Assembly: GCA_964461265.1 (NCBI GenBank)
Contig: CAYWTS010000001.1
Span: 161,025-225,024, forward strand
Source: an uncultured Ignavibacteriales bacterium
Lineage (GTDB): Bacteria > Bacteroidota > Ignavibacteria > Tepidaquicellales > OLB5
Direction of reading: 5' to 3'
Length of the DNA stretch: 64,000 bases
In this document: one piece after another, positions 1 to 9,888 of the stretch
Layout of the letters: each line of letters starts with the position of its first letter
How positions within the stretch are numbered: the first letter of the stretch is position 1
Position numbers and translations under genes: made by a program
The notes under the pieces: model-generated
The model's database searches: none
What the model was told of the DNA's origin: nothing
The model's input: the letters and a program-made list of their open reading frames with translations, nothing else

Positions 1-732
1 CGGATATCAGCAAATCTTTATATCCCAAAATGGTTGAAAAAAAATGGTTCCAATCCTGCAGTTCTCTGGCCCCACGGTGGTCCTGAATGGCAGGAACGTC
101 CTGTTTTCAACAAGTATTTCCAGATATTAACTAACAGGGGTTATATAGTTATTGCCCCAAATTTCAGAGGTTCTACCGGTTATGGCAAAACATTTCAAAG
201 CCAGATTTATAAAGATTGGGGCGGTGCGGAATTTAAGGATATTTTGGGGGCTTATAACTATCTTTTACAAACAGGCTATACAGATAAATCAAAAATTGCT
301 GTGGTCGGAGGCAGCTTCGGCGGTTTTATGACACTTACCTGTATTACAAAAGCACCTGACTTATGGAAATGTGCCGTTGACATTTTCGGACCCTCTAATC
401 TTTGTACATTTTTAAACAGCGTTCCCGAACACTGGAAACCAGCAACATGGGAACTTGTCGGACATCCCGAAAAAGATAAGGAATTATTATACGAAAGATC
501 ACCGTTTAATTTTGTCGAAAATATCAGGTGTCCTTTATTGATTGTACAGGGGAAAAATGATCCTCGTGTAGTTCAGTCTGAATCAGACCAGATTGTTGAA
601 AAACTAAAATCACAAAATAAGACTGTGGAATATCTTATCCTTGAGGATGAGGGACACGGCTTTACTAAAGTTTCTAATCAAATTAAAGTATGGAACTTGA
701 TATGTGAATTCTTAGATAAACATATGAAATAA
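1..732 (+). CDS. S9 family (prolyl oligopeptidase / dipeptidyl aminopeptidase) peptidase, C-terminal part; 5' end lies outside the window
   Basis: The frame is open from base 1 (RISANLYIPKWLKK...). It has HGGP, the GGSFGG nucleophile elbow, QGKNDPRV (Asp) and DEGHGF (His). Confidence 0.93.
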   Translation, partial: RISANLYIPKWLKKNGSNPAVLWPHGGPEWQERPVFNKYFQILTNRGYIVIAPNFRGSTGYGKTFQSQIYKDWGGAEFKDILGAYNYLLQTGYTDKSKIAVVGGSFGGFMTLTCITKAPDLWKCAVDIFGPSNLCTFLNSVPEHWKPATWELVGHPEKDKELLYERSPFNFVENIRCPLLIVQGKNDPRVVQSESDQIVEKLKSQNKTVEYLILEDEGHGFTKVSNQIKVWNLICEFLDKHMK

Positions 733-780
733 TCTAATTTTAAGATAATTATAAATCATAACAAATCAACAGTAATTCAT

Positions 781-1668
781 TTGGATGAAAATAAAATAAT
801 TGACGGCAGCAAAATTGCTTCTGCTATACTTGAAGAAATCAAATCGGAACTGCCGAAATTAAAAATCATACCGGGTCTGGCACTAATACTTGTCGGCAAC
901 AACCCAGCTTCCGAATCATATGTAAAGATGAAATCAAAGAGGTGCAGTGAACTTGGTTACTTTTCAATTATTGATGCACTGCCGGAAACCATTTCAAAAG
1001 ATGAACTAATAACAAAAATAAAACAATATAACACCGATAAATCGATACACGGAATACTTGTCCAGCTTCCTTTGCCAGAACATATAAATGAAATGGAAAT
1101 ATTGGAAAGCATAAACTATAAAAAAGATGTTGATGGCTTTCATCCTGTAAATGCAGGCAGACTATTGATTGGTGAAAAATGCTTTGTACCATGCACACCA
1201 GCTGGCATAATAGAACTGCTGAAAAGATATAATATTACCACATCAGGCAAAAATGCAGTTGTGATAGGCAGAAGCAATATTGTAGGTAAACCGATTGCGA
1301 ATTTATTGATGCAAAAAAATAAAAATGCAAATTCAACTGTTACTATATGCCATAGTGCAACAGAAAATATTAAAGAACATTCTTTAAAAGCAGATATAAT
1401 AATTGCTGCAATTGGAAAACCAAAATATTTAAAAAGTGATATGATTAAAGAAGGATGTGTTATAATAGATGTAGGAATAAACCGTATAGATGATACTTCT
1501 GCAAAGAAAGGCTACAGAATTACCGGTGACGTTGATTTCGATGACTGCCTCTCCAAAGCTTCGTTAATTACTCCTGTACCCGGCGGTGTTGGTCCAATGA
1601 CGGTTGCTATGCTCATGAAAAATACTTTCGATGCTGCTGCAAACATTATTTACCCATCCAATTCATGA
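781..1668 (+). CDS. folD: Methylenetetrahydrofolate dehydrogenase/cyclohydrolase
   Basis: Motifs HGILVQLPLP, KDVDGFH, PCTPAG, GRSNIVGKP and TPVPGGVGPMT. TTG start. Confidence 0.97.
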   Translation: MDENKIIDGSKIASAILEEIKSELPKLKIIPGLALILVGNNPASESYVKMKSKRCSELGYFSIIDALPETISKDELITKIKQYNTDKSIHGILVQLPLPEHINEMEILESINYKKDVDGFHPVNAGRLLIGEKCFVPCTPAGIIELLKRYNITTSGKNAVVIGRSNIVGKPIANLLMQKNKNANSTVTICHSATENIKEHSLKADIIIAAIGKPKYLKSDMIKEGCVIIDVGINRIDDTSAKKGYRITGDVDFDDCLSKASLITPVPGGVGPMTVAMLMKNTFDAAANIIYPSNS

Positions 1669-2513
1669 ATGATACATACCTCGAACTATCGATTGCTTAC
1701 AACAAGCAAAACAGGAATATTATATATAACAGACTTTATAGAGAGAATACAGGCAGCATTATAGAAGAACATAGCCATATCAAAATTTATCTTCCAATAG
1801 TACAAAAAAAACATTTGAAAGATATAACAGATAAGCTCCTGCACCTTGACGGTATTCCTGAAAAACAACTAACTGTAAGCGAATTTTCGAAATATAACTG
1901 GTCAGATGTATGGAAAAAATCAATTCAACCTGTTAATATAAAGAATAAAATCATCGTTTACCCTTCATGGAAGAAAAATGAATTAAAAAATACACGCCAT
2001 AAAATCCTTATTGAGATTGACCCCAAAATGTCATTCGGTACCGGGCACAACGAAACTACTCAACTTATACTTGAAATGATGTGTAAGCATATTACGAATA
2101 AAGATAAAACCATGCTTGATTACGGCTGCGGAACATCGATACTTGCCATTGCGGGGATTAAGCTCGGACTTAAGTCTGCAGTTGCTATAGACACAGATAA
2201 TGATGCAATAATAAATTCCCGAGAAAACATCAGAATAAACAAGGTTCAAAAACAAGTAAAATTACACAGTGGCAAAATAAACAGTTTAAAAATATCCGAT
2301 TTTGACATATTAGCAGCCAATCTCACAAGTGGTATAATAGTAAATAACCTTAAAAATATTTCGAAGAAATTAAAACCGGCAGGCAAGTTATTCGCTTCTG
2401 GAATTCTAAAAGAAGAAAAATACAGGATTACTAAAGCTTTAAGAGAATATTTTATAATTAAGAATTCATACAAAAAATCCGAATGGCTCGGATTTTACTG
2501 CATTAAGAAATGA
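1665..2513 (+). CDS. prmA: Ribosomal protein L11 methyltransferase
   Basis: IDPKMSFGTGHNETT, the SAM motif LDYGCGT and AANL. Overlaps the folD stop by 4 nt. Confidence 0.92.
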   Translation: MNDTYLELSIAYNKQNRNIIYNRLYRENTGSIIEEHSHIKIYLPIVQKKHLKDITDKLLHLDGIPEKQLTVSEFSKYNWSDVWKKSIQPVNIKNKIIVYPSWKKNELKNTRHKILIEIDPKMSFGTGHNETTQLILEMMCKHITNKDKTMLDYGCGTSILAIAGIKLGLKSAVAIDTDNDAIINSRENIRINKVQKQVKLHSGKINSLKISDFDILAANLTSGIIVNNLKNISKKLKPAGKLFASGILKEEKYRITKALREYFIIKNSYKKSEWLGFYCIKK

Positions 2514-3472
2514 GACTGACTTCGATAGATATAGGTACAAATACCATACTTATGCTAATTGCTGATATTGACCCGGTTAATTTAAAAATAACTACGGTTC
2601 TCGATACTCAGAAAATACCTCGTCTTGGAAGAGGTGTCGATTCGAATAAATACATAACAAAAGATTCAATCCGCACTGCAATAAAAATACTAAACGAATT
2701 CAAAAGTATTTCCAATAACTACAATTCGGAAAAAATTATTGCATCTGCTACAAGTTTCCTGCGTGATGCAAAAAATAAGGATGAATTTATTTCTGAAATA
2801 AAAAAGAATTCGGGAATTGATATAGAAGAATTATCAGGCAACGATGAAGCTAAATGGTCGTTTTGGGGGGTAGTTTCGGAACAACTGTCAATTAACAATG
2901 AACAAATAATACTAACAATTGATATAGGCGGCGGCAGTACCGAAATAACCAGTGCATATATTCAAATTAAGAATAACCTTAAAAATACTATTGAAAAAAC
3001 AGAAATTAATACAAACAGCATCGATATTGGCTCGGTAAGAATTAATGAAAAGTTTTTAAAACACCAGCCGCCTTTTTCTGAAGAACTTGAAGAAGCAGAA
3101 AAGTTTATTATAAAAAATATTGAATCTTTAACTTTTAACTTGATAAAGGATAATTGTGTTTTAATCGGACTTGCTGGCACAATTACAACACTGGGTGCTT
3201 TGAAATTGAATCTGAAAACTTTCAATAAGGAAAAAATTGACGGCTTAATTTTGACATCTGAAGATGTGAAGAACTTGTTTCACAATTTTACAATTTCACC
3301 GCTTCAGCATCTGCTTTCTCTCGGTGAATATATGCAAGGCAGAGCTGATATTATATTACCAGGAGCAATGATTTTGAAATATATTATGGAAAGATTAGGC
3401 TTAGATGAGATAAAAATCAGTACGAAAGGTTTGAGATACGGTTTATTGTTAAGAGAACTAATTAAACATTAA
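2510..3472 (+). CDS. ppx: Ppx/GppA family exopolyphosphatase
   Basis: SIDIGTNT, RLGRG, ATSFLRDA, DIGGGSTE, GRADII and GLRYG. Confidence 0.92.
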   Translation: MRLTSIDIGTNTILMLIADIDPVNLKITTVLDTQKIPRLGRGVDSNKYITKDSIRTAIKILNEFKSISNNYNSEKIIASATSFLRDAKNKDEFISEIKKNSGIDIEELSGNDEAKWSFWGVVSEQLSINNEQIILTIDIGGGSTEITSAYIQIKNNLKNTIEKTEINTNSIDIGSVRINEKFLKHQPPFSEELEEAEKFIIKNIESLTFNLIKDNCVLIGLAGTITTLGALKLNLKTFNKEKIDGLILTSEDVKNLFHNFTISPLQHLLSLGEYMQGRADIILPGAMILKYIMERLGLDEIKISTKGLRYGLLLRELIKH

Positions 3473-5139
3473 TTCATTTTACACCACTTCAAATTAATAA
3501 TTCCTAACCCGTCAACGTACATTCCCTCTATATTTTTGTGTTTTAAATAAATGTATTGATTGTAATATACAATCATCCAAGGTGAGTCTTCAAAAATCTG
3601 TTTATCAATTTCCCTATATACTTTCATACGCTCATTGAAATCGGTTAATCTTAAGCCAAGTTCATAAAGAGAATCGACTTTAGAATTTTTGTAATGCGAT
3701 GTATTAGGACCAATCGGAGTTTCATTTTTACTGTAAAACAAAGCATAATAATTTTCAGGGTCGTAATAATCGGCTCCCCAGTTTGCCCGCCAGAAAGTCA
3801 GCTTTCCTTCGTTCTGTGCAGAGCGGTGAGCAGCACCAACCATCTCCTCAATTTCCAGATCTACTCCTATATCTTTGAACTGCGCCTGTATTGCTTCACA
3901 AAGCTCACGCTGTGATTCATCGTTGTGAAAAACCAACTTCAGCGTCAGCCCTTTACCACCGGGGAATCCTGCTTCTTCCAGTAGTTTTATTGCTTTTTCC
4001 CTGTCGTATTTATAGCCGATAACATCTTCCGAATAACCAGGCATTCCTTTAGGTAAAGGTCCGTAATTTCCTGGTATCCCTTTTTCTTTTAGTACATACT
4101 TCACAATTTTCTCACGGTCAATTGCGTAGTTTAGAGCTTTTCTCAGCTTTACATTTTCAGCAAGCGGATTGTTTTTACCACCCTCCATTTTTGTATTAAG
4201 CATTGTGCAGAGATAAACAGTATTCAGATATGGCTGCTTCACCAGTTCAAAATCATATCCGGGTTTAAGATTACCATTATCATCACTGATCTGAGAAAAT
4301 ACATCAACCGAAGGTTTCTGAAAATCAAGCTTTCTTTCCTGAAAATCCAGAAATTCAGTTTCGCTGCTTCTTATAAAACTGACTTTAAAGCCTTCAATGT
4401 AAGGCAGCTTATTGCCGTCTTTATCTTTTGCCCAATAATTCTGGTTTTTTTCCAGAACAAGTTCCTTGTCATAATCCCATTTAACAAATTTATAAGGTCC
4501 AGTTCCAACAATATGAAAGCCAAAGTTCTCTTTGTAATATTCCACCGCTTCTCTTGGATAAATGTACCCATAAGGCATTGTCAAAATGCTGAGAAATGGT
4601 GCAAACGGATTAACAAGTTCTATTATAAAAGTAGAATCATCAACCGCTTTAAAACCTGTTATAGATTTAACATTATCCGGGTTATTTGAGAATTCTTCAG
4701 CACCAACAACCTTATCGCGGTAAACCCACAACCCGCGTGTTTTTGTCTTAGGATTGCATACACGTTCATAACAATACTTAAAATCCTTTGCAATAACTCT
4801 TCTGTTCTTTTTATCGGGGAAACATTCATCCTCATGGAAATAAACATCTGTTCTTAAATGAAAAGTGTAAGTTTTTCCATCCTGCGATATTTCATAACTT
4901 TTTGCAAGAAGCGGCTTAAGTTGTGCATTTTTATCATACTCAACAAGACCCTCACAGGTATTTATCAGCACATGTATAGCAGGATAGTTATTTGCAGTAA
5001 TAGGATCTAAACTTTCAATCCCGTTTGGTTCGTTATATCTGAAAATCTTTTCAGAAGTCTCCTTCCTTGAACAACTGATAAATAATTGATTTGATAAAAA
5101 AATTGCGAGAAATAACAATCCCGCATACGTTTTATTCAT
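3469..5139 (-). CDS. ABC transporter substrate-binding lipoprotein, family 5 (oligopeptide/nickel type); no permease genes adjacent
   Basis: Lipobox-like ISC, EGLVEYD...PLLAKSYEIS.DGKTYTFHLR, VGTGPYK and LRKALNYAIDR. Confidence 0.9.
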   Translation of the reverse strand: MNKTYAGLLFLAIFLSNQLFISCSRKETSEKIFRYNEPNGIESLDPITANNYPAIHVLINTCEGLVEYDKNAQLKPLLAKSYEISQDGKTYTFHLRTDVYFHEDECFPDKKNRRVIAKDFKYCYERVCNPKTKTRGLWVYRDKVVGAEEFSNNPDNVKSITGFKAVDDSTFIIELVNPFAPFLSILTMPYGYIYPREAVEYYKENFGFHIVGTGPYKFVKWDYDKELVLEKNQNYWAKDKDGNKLPYIEGFKVSFIRSSETEFLDFQERKLDFQKPSVDVFSQISDDNGNLKPGYDFELVKQPYLNTVYLCTMLNTKMEGGKNNPLAENVKLRKALNYAIDREKIVKYVLKEKGIPGNYGPLPKGMPGYSEDVIGYKYDREKAIKLLEEAGFPGGKGLTLKLVFHNDESQRELCEAIQAQFKDIGVDLEIEEMVGAAHRSAQNEGKLTFWRANWGADYYDPENYYALFYSKNETPIGPNTSHYKNSKVDSLYELGLRLTDFNERMKVYREIDKQIFEDSPWMIVYYNQYIYLKHKNIEGMYVDGLGIINLKWCKMN

Positions 5140-5297
5140 GATTTAAATTAAAAATTTTTGTCTTAAATATGCATTATTAAGAGTACGGCATTTATTTTCA
5201 TTATACCATAGTATTAAATCTTAAATCCTGTTGAACTTAAATTTCAAATCCCGCAGATCTAAAATCTCAAAATTATGGATTCCATTTCAATATTTCA

Positions 5298-5325
5298 CCT
5301 GCCTGTCATTTGCAGGCACATGACA
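5298..5325. repeat. Short GC-rich palindromic remnant (cctgcctg...caggca) just beyond the tRNA 3' fragment
   Basis: The sequence cctgcctgtcatttgcaggcacatgaca contains gcctg/caggc and tgtcat/atgaca inverted pairs. Confidence 0.55.
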
Positions 5326-5343
5326 AATTCGCTATTTGTTTTG

Positions 5344-5395
5344 TGCCCCAGGAAGAACTCGAACCCCGAGCCAATTGATTAAGAGTCAACTGCTC
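5344..5395 (-). pseudogene. Degenerate 3' two-thirds copy of tRNA-Lys (D-stem 3' side to discriminator)
   Basis: Matches the corresponding part of the intact tRNA (5410-5461) except for 4 substitutions in and next to the T-arm. Confidence 0.9.
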
Positions 5396-5409
5396 CGCCT
5401 GCCTGCCGG

Positions 5410-5554
<145 letters not shown>

Positions 5555-5629
5555 AAAATTGTTAATTTATCGAAAAATTACATACAAATATAAATTTTTG
5601 TAACCTTCTTATCAATTGAAAATCATAAT

Positions 5630-5658
5630 GTAGGGAAAATGCATGCCTTTTTGCTGCA
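5630..5658. repeat. Imperfect REP-like palindrome GTAGGG...GCATGC... upstream of glgB
   Basis: gtagggaaaatgcatgcctttttgctgca, with a central GCATGC dyad. Confidence 0.4.
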
Positions 5659-5730
5659 TAAGAATGTATTCATTTCACAGTTGCTATTTAATTTCTTATT
5701 AAGAAAATTTGTTTAATTATACATTCGATA

Positions 5731-7704
5731 ATGCCTGAAACAAAAACACAGTTCATAACCGATTTCGATCTTTACCTTTTTGCTCACGGAACACATTATA
5801 AACTATTCGAAAAACTCGGTGCTCATATTACCGAAATAGATGGAGTAAAAGGAGTTCACTTTGCAACATGGGCACCTAATGCCGAAAGAATAAGTGTGAT
5901 AGGTGAATTTAACGGATGGAAAGAAGGTGAGAATGAAATGAACAGAATAAATGAAGCAGGAGTATGGACATTATTTATTCCAGGTATAGAAGAAAATTAT
6001 ACTTATAAATACTCAGTTAAATCGAATGTTGATAGTCATTACAGACGAAAAATAGACCCTTATGCATTCCGCTCTGAGTTAAGACCGAAGAACGCTTCTG
6101 TTGTACATGACATTAATAAATACAAATGGAATGATAATGAGTGGATGTATCGGCGTTACAAACAATTCAAGCAAATCGGATGGGTAAAAGCACCGATTAA
6201 CATATATGAGCTACACCTCGGCTCCTGGAAGAAAGATTATAACAACACAGACCATCCTAACGTATGGGGATATAAAAACTACCGACAGCTTGCATACGAA
6301 GCTGTTAAGCATGTCAAAGAAATGGGTTATACTCATATAGAGCTTTTGCCTGTTATGGAACACCCGCTTGATATTTCGTGGGGTTACCAGGTTACAAATT
6401 ATTTTGCTCCTACAAGCCGTTATGGAACGCCTGATGATTTTATGTTCTTCGTCGACCATTGCCACAAACACGATATTGGGGTAATACTTGATTGGGTTCC
6501 GGCGCACTTCCCTTCAGACGATTATGCCTTAGCTTATTTTGACGGTAAACAAATCTATGCATATGAAAATTGGAAAAAAGGATATCATAAAGACTGGGGA
6601 ACCTGCATTTTCGATTTCGGAAGGAATGAAGTGCAGAATTTCCTTATTGCAAGTGCATTATTCTGGATCAATAAATATCATGCTGACGGGCTCCGTGTAG
6701 ATGCCGTTGCATCTATGCTCTATCTTGACTATTCGCGCGAGCATGGCGAATGGGAACCGAACATTCACGGCGGGCGTGAAAACCTCGAAGCTGTAAATTT
6801 TATTAAACATCTCAATTCAATAATTCATCAAAATCATCCAGATGTTTTAATGATTGCCGAAGAATCAACCGCATGGCCGGGTGTATCACATAAAACTGAA
6901 AACGGCGGACTTGGATTTTCTATGAAATGGAATATGGGATGGATGAATGATATTCTTACATATTTTAAAAAAGAACCGGTATACCGAAAATACCACCAAG
7001 GTAAGCTTACATTTTCACTTTGGTATGCTTTTAATGAAAATTTCGTTCTTCCCCTATCACATGATGAAGTGGTGCATGGGAAACTCTCGCTTATAGAAAA
7101 AATGCCCGGTGACAGCTGGCAAAAATTTGCTAATTTAAAATTACTTCTTGGATTTATGTTCGGACATCCCGGCAAGAAACTTAATTTTATGACTACCGAT
7201 ATTGCACAGTATAAAGAATGGAACTCGGAAACACAGATTTCATGGGAAGTTCTTAAGCTTGACTTGAATAATAAGTTTAACCGTTTTATTAAAGATTTAA
7301 ACCACCTTTACTGCTCACATCCCGCTTTTTATGAAGTCGACTTCAATAGCCGCGGCTTTAGATGGCTGGATTTTTCAGATTCACTCCAAAGCATAATATC
7401 ATTTTTACGGTATTCGGAACATGAAACGGAAACACTTATGTTCACATTTAATATGACACCGGTTGTAAGAGAACATTACAGAATTGGCGTTCCTAAAAAC
7501 GGATTTTACCGTGAAATTATGAACAGTGATGCAGCTGAATATGGTGGCAGCGGTATAGGAAATATGGGCGGGGTACTTGCAAGCGAAACTTCTTATCATG
7601 GTTTCCCCTGCTCTGTAGAGTTGACCTTACCGCCTCTTGCATTCAATGTATTTTTACTCGAAGAAACTGAAGCTCCGGAAGATGTATCGGGTTTCGGGGA
7701 TTGA
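5731..7704 (+). CDS. glgB: 1,4-alpha-glucan branching enzyme (GH13)
   Basis: WAPNA, IYELHLGSW, SWGYQ, DWVPAHF, GLRVDAVASMLYLDYSR, IAEESTAWP and LSHDEVVHGK. Confidence 0.97.
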   Translation: MPETKTQFITDFDLYLFAHGTHYKLFEKLGAHITEIDGVKGVHFATWAPNAERISVIGEFNGWKEGENEMNRINEAGVWTLFIPGIEENYTYKYSVKSNVDSHYRRKIDPYAFRSELRPKNASVVHDINKYKWNDNEWMYRRYKQFKQIGWVKAPINIYELHLGSWKKDYNNTDHPNVWGYKNYRQLAYEAVKHVKEMGYTHIELLPVMEHPLDISWGYQVTNYFAPTSRYGTPDDFMFFVDHCHKHDIGVILDWVPAHFPSDDYALAYFDGKQIYAYENWKKGYHKDWGTCIFDFGRNEVQNFLIASALFWINKYHADGLRVDAVASMLYLDYSREHGEWEPNIHGGRENLEAVNFIKHLNSIIHQNHPDVLMIAEESTAWPGVSHKTENGGLGFSMKWNMGWMNDILTYFKKEPVYRKYHQGKLTFSLWYAFNENFVLPLSHDEVVHGKLSLIEKMPGDSWQKFANLKLLLGFMFGHPGKKLNFMTTDIAQYKEWNSETQISWEVLKLDLNNKFNRFIKDLNHLYCSHPAFYEVDFNSRGFRWLDFSDSLQSIISFLRYSEHETETLMFTFNMTPVVREHYRIGVPKNGFYREIMNSDAAEYGGSGIGNMGGVLASETSYHGFPCSVELTLPPLAFNVFLLEETEAPEDVSGFGD

Positions 7705-7745
7705 GCAATAAATATGTTAAAATAAATTACTAAATTTATTTTTTA

Positions 7746-8280
7746 ATGACTTACATCGCATTCTTAAAAGGCATTAACGTTACCGGACATAAAATAATAA
7801 AAATGGATGAGCTTAAATCCATGTTCCGTGATATGGGTTTTAAAGAAGTCCGTTCATATATTTAAAGCGGGAACGTTGTGTTTGAGTCACCTGTTAAGAC
7901 ACTCGCTGTATTACACAAGAAAATAGAAAGTTATTTAAAAGACAAGATTGGATATGAAGTTACGGTTGTTATCCGCTCAGCAGATATTTTATTAAAAAGT
8001 TATTAAAGATTATCCTTTTAAATAAATTAAAGACCACGATAAATATAAAATAAATGTTGCATTTTGGGGTTCTGAACCGGATAAAAACAATATTAAAGAG
8101 TTAACAGTGTAGAATAGCGACAAAGAGATATTTAACGCAAAAAGTGATAACGTCTACCAGCTTTGCAGAACAAGCTTTCACGAATCATTGATGGGTAAAA
8201 ACTTTGTAGAGAAAAAATTAAAAGTAAAAGCAACCGTACGGAACTGGAATACCGTTAATAAAATTTTAGAAATTTCATAA
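7746..8280 (+). pseudogene. DUF1697 family pseudogene
   Basis: Reads MTYIAFLKGINVTGHKIIKMDELK...YI*SGNVVF...KLKVKATVRNWNTVNKI. There is a TAA at 7863 (conserved Q of YIQSGN), a frameshift near 7990-8000 and further stops near 8022 and 8110. Confidence 0.85.
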
Positions 8281-8286
8281 CGCAGC

Positions 8287-8368
8287 ATTCCCGTGAAAAC
8301 GGGAATCCATTCAATGTATTATAAATTATATTTATTTTTTAACAATAGATTCCCACTTTCGTGGGAAT
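8287..8368. repeat. Inverted doublet of ATTCCC-N8-GGGAAT palindromes (REPIN-like, dRS3 consensus)
   Basis: attcccgtgaaaacgggaat at 8287-8306 and attcccactttcgtgggaat at 8349-8368, with a 42-nt AT-rich spacer. Confidence 0.85.
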
Positions 8369-8377
8369 TTGTATTTT

Positions 8378-9886
8378 ATGATTAACCTTTGCATACACGG
8401 ACATTTTTACCAGCCGCCAAGGGAAAATCCATGGACAGGCGAGATTGAGAAACAACCCTCTGCAGCACCTTATCACGACTGGAACGAAAGGATTTATTTT
8501 GAATGTTATAAACCCAACTCAGAGGCTGAAATCATAAGTGAAGGTAATATTACTGCGGATAAAGTTAATAATTACGAATATATAAACTTTAACTTTGGAC
8601 CTACCCTTCTAGACTGGATTAAAGAAAAACACCCGGACACCTATAATAAAATTATTGAAGCTGATAAAACTAGCAGAATAATACATAACGGTCACGGTAA
8701 TGCAATTGCTCAATGTTACAACCACATGATAATGCCGCTTGCCAGTTATAATGATAAAGTAACCCAGGTTAAATGGGGATTAAAATATTTTGAATACCAT
8801 TTCTGCAGGAAATCGGAAGGTATCTGGCTGCCTGAAACAGCGTGCAACGCGGATACAATTGAAGTATTAATTGATGAAGGCGTTAAATATATAATTCTGG
8901 ATACCAATCAGGCAGAAGCATACAGAGAAGAAGGCAATAATGACTGGATTAATGTTTCAAACGGGACTGTTAATCCATTCAGAACTTATAAATGTTACAC
9001 CGAAAAATCTTCCGGCAAATACATAAATATATTTTTCTACGATGGTCCCCTCTCGCGTAATATTTCATTCGATGATGTACTAAAATCATCTTCACACTTA
9101 CTGGAAAGAATAAAGCAAGTTACAAATACAATTGATACGCAGAACCAGCTGTTAAGCATTGCAACCGATGGAGAAACATTCGGTCATCATAAAAAATTTT
9201 CAGAAAGAACGCTTGCATATTTTATAAAATATCTCGCACCACAGAATAATATAAAAATTGTTAATTATGGGGAATTCCTAGAGCAGAACCCTGCTAAATA
9301 CGAAGTTAAAATAAAACGCGGGAAGAACGACGAGGGAACGTCATGGAGTTGTCCGCATGGTGTAGAACGCTGGAAAGATGATTGTGGCTGCAGTTCGGAT
9401 AGCATATTCCACCAAAGATGGAGAAAACCGCTTCGTAATGCTCTCGATTGGCTTCGTGATAAGTTAATTGTTTTATTTGAGAATGAAGGTAATAAATATT
9501 TAAAGAATGTATGGCGGGCGAGAAATGATTATATAGAAATACTATGTGATCCTTCAGAATCCTCTAAGGTTAATTTTTTCAGTATTCATGGAGAAAAATT
9601 ACTTAACTCAGCCGAGCAAAATTACTGTTTGAAACTGCTTGAAATGCAGAAATATGCAATGTTTATGTACACAAGCTGCGGCTGGTTTTTTTCAGAAATA
9701 TCAGGTTTAGAATCTGTAAAAATACTCGAATATGCAGCACGTGCGATAGAACTTGCAGAGGAAGTTTCCGGAGCTAATGTTGAATCGGAATTTATAAAAT
9801 TGCTCTCACTTGCAGAAAGCAACATACCTGAATATATGAACGGTGAAGGTGTGTATCTGAATCTTGTTAAACCAAACCGGATTTGA
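8378..9886 (+). CDS. GH57 family glycoside hydrolase with DUF3536 domain
   Basis: HGHFYQPPRENPW, NFNFGPTLL, GIWLPETA, ATDGETFGHH, SWSCPHGVERW and MYTSCGWFF. The ATG at 8378 is preferred over the TTG at 8369. Confidence 0.92.
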   Translation: MINLCIHGHFYQPPRENPWTGEIEKQPSAAPYHDWNERIYFECYKPNSEAEIISEGNITADKVNNYEYINFNFGPTLLDWIKEKHPDTYNKIIEADKTSRIIHNGHGNAIAQCYNHMIMPLASYNDKVTQVKWGLKYFEYHFCRKSEGIWLPETACNADTIEVLIDEGVKYIILDTNQAEAYREEGNNDWINVSNGTVNPFRTYKCYTEKSSGKYINIFFYDGPLSRNISFDDVLKSSSHLLERIKQVTNTIDTQNQLLSIATDGETFGHHKKFSERTLAYFIKYLAPQNNIKIVNYGEFLEQNPAKYEVKIKRGKNDEGTSWSCPHGVERWKDDCGCSSDSIFHQRWRKPLRNALDWLRDKLIVLFENEGNKYLKNVWRARNDYIEILCDPSESSKVNFFSIHGEKLLNSAEQNYCLKLLEMQKYAMFMYTSCGWFFSEISGLESVKILEYAARAIELAEEVSGANVESEFIKLLSLAESNIPEYMNGEGVYLNLVKPNRI

Positions 9887-9888
9887 TT

